A stretch of 63,727 nt of DNA, counting the filler, from Bigelowiella natans CCMP2755 (Eukaryota > Protista > Cercozoa): NCBI GenBank assembly GCA_000320545.1. It is 5 parts of 5 records of this genome, joined end to end, with 100 filler letters (N's around TTAATTAATTAA, not from the genome) between each part and the next. Parts side by side here need not be neighbours in the genome. Positions count along the whole stretch, not along the records: positions 62,246 to 63,727 come from ADNK01002315.1; 4 more parts are not named here. One strand, 5' to 3'. The translations under genes were made by a program, and so were the position numbers. Each line of letters starts with the position of its first letter. Position 1 is the stretch's first letter. Below, one piece after another: positions 62,246 through 63,727 of the stretch. The notes below the pieces were generated by a model, which saw only the letters and a list, made by a program, of their open reading frames with translations, did no database searches and was not told the DNA's origin.

Positions 62246-62445
62246 AAAACAAAAGGGTTCTCCGGGGATCAAGGGGGGCGGAAAAAGGTAATTTAAGTTT
62301 TTTCCACCTTGTTTCGCTCGGAAAAAAAAAGGGGAACAAAACCCGCCGGAATAGGGGGTTTTCGATGTTTCCTCCCCCCCCCCCCCCCCCCCCCCCTCTC
62401 TCTCTCTCTATACGCGTGTGTGTGTGTGTGTGTGTGTGTGTGAAG

Positions 62446-62746
62446 GCGTCGCAGTTCTGTCCGGAGTCGACGGCAAAACATCGGAAACGAAAATCCTCAC
62501 GAACGCATACCTACCGGTAGCTGAAAAGAAGGAGAAGAAGAGGAAGGAGAAGAAGAAAAATACACTGTAGTCATCCTAACCCCCCTCTTCCCCTCTCTCT
62601 CCCTTTCAATTCGGTCAGGCTAGAGCGAAGGAATCGAGGGAATCATCGAAACACCACCTCCCAAACCTGCTGGCAACAAAAGGGGTTTCTCACAGATTCC
62701 CAACATGACAATCACCAGTCTCCATGTGCACATACACAAAATACGA

Positions 62747-62784
<38 letters not shown>

Positions 62785-63609
62785 TACATCGCATATCTTC
62801 ACACACCACACACACTGCACAAGTGGGATTATAAGAATAAATTATGATTCGCGTACGTCATCTGCGCTGATATGTTGTTGGTTGCGATGCGAATATATGT
62901 TACCGGGGTAAGGCGGGCGGGGTGCTGCTGCAGCTATTGGACGCGTCGTTGTTGGTCGCGGGGCTGCAAGCTTATCAGGTAGAGGAGGGGGTAACCGACT
63001 GTTGTGGTTGTTGTTGTCGTTGTCCTTGTCGTTGTTGTTGTTGTTGTTGTTGTTTTTGCTGATATTGTTGTTGTCGGTGGTTGTTGTTGTTATTGCTGTT
63101 GTGCATCATTATGGTGATGATGATGATGACAATGATGATGATTATTATGATGATTCTGAATAGTAAGCCTGTCGGAAAAGATGGGGTGCGCGATGATGAT
63201 GATGATGATAATGATGATGATGACAGATAATCAGGTTATGTCACACTGAAGGGCTAGTGTACAGCTACTAGTAGCAGCCCTTAGACTTGTCTTGATCTTG
63301 CATTTTGGTCAATGTGTGTACGAATAGTTTTCCCCCGTCATTCTTGCTTCTGGCATTGGCGGTCTGGTGAGGAGATATTGATGATGCGACGATTTGAAGA
63401 GAAGATTTAATAATGACACGATGATGATAGCGAGGGGGGTTGAGATGGTGATATGTATGCTATTCGTTACGCACCCCCCCCCCCCCCCTTTCTCTTTTTT
63501 TTGTTTTAAACACACACACATAAGGGGGTCTTTCTCTTTTCTCACTCTCAGATGGGATCCAACATCCCGTGCCTGGCGCATAAATCCTTGTTTTGAGAGT
63601 CTCGTCTAA
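62446..63609 (+). CDS. possible short 3' exons of an unidentified gene
   Basis: AG/GT-bounded non-repetitive blocks (~62446-62516, 62934-62978, 63552-63609 WDPTSRAWRINPCFESLV*) lie between microsatellite introns. Reading frames are not securely linked. Confidence 0.3.
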
Positions 63610-63727
63610 CTCAAACTGGCAGGGGTGGAACCCAACGCGGGGAATATCCCTCCCGGACAACGGAGCATATTTCTCTCTTTTGAAAAATTTTGGCCACCAA
63701 CCTCCCTTAATCTAGTTTTAGGGGGGG

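Noticed and set aside
1-63727. CRISPR arrays, rRNA/tRNA genes, transposase or reverse-transcriptase genes, prokaryotic operons
   Set aside because: I recognised no repeat-spacer arrays, structural RNA signatures or TE coding motifs, and the window is spliced eukaryotic DNA. Small ncRNAs cannot be excluded without a covariance-model search.

Overview
Eukaryotic nuclear DNA from an intron-rich, microsatellite-rich protist. A plastid ribosomal protein L15 with a signal peptide plus transit-like presequence points to a secondary-plastid alga; chlorarachniophyte-like is plausible but not proven. The window is five contigs joined by artificial 100-nt spacers (44 N + TTAATTAATTAA + 44 N), so adjacency across gaps is unverified. 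I reconstructed spliced genes by eye from GT-AG sites and protein motifs. Recognised products: a CER1/CER3(WAX2)-type alkane/wax enzyme fused in-frame to a C-terminal cytochrome b5 domain (the top finding), a giant SR-like protein, a partial acyl-CoA dehydrogenase, plastid uL15, RBM25, a C2H2 zinc-finger protein, a crotonase-family enzyme, a two-domain secreted lipocalin, a WD40 + TRAF-type zinc-finger protein, a coactosin-like protein, a (6-4) photolyase/animal-type cryptochrome, an intron-containing bacterial-type YkgJ protein and a DDX60-like helicase. Less certain: an acylated coiled-coil protein, a Cys-rich membrane protein, a 7TM-like protein and several unidentified fragments. Genes alternate head-to-head and tail-to-tail, with distinct spacer signatures. 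Two apparent frameshifts, one palindrome and one local duplication are most likely assembly artefacts. Most ORFs in the supplied track are microsatellite or antisense noise. Family assignments rest on remembered motifs, not database searches.
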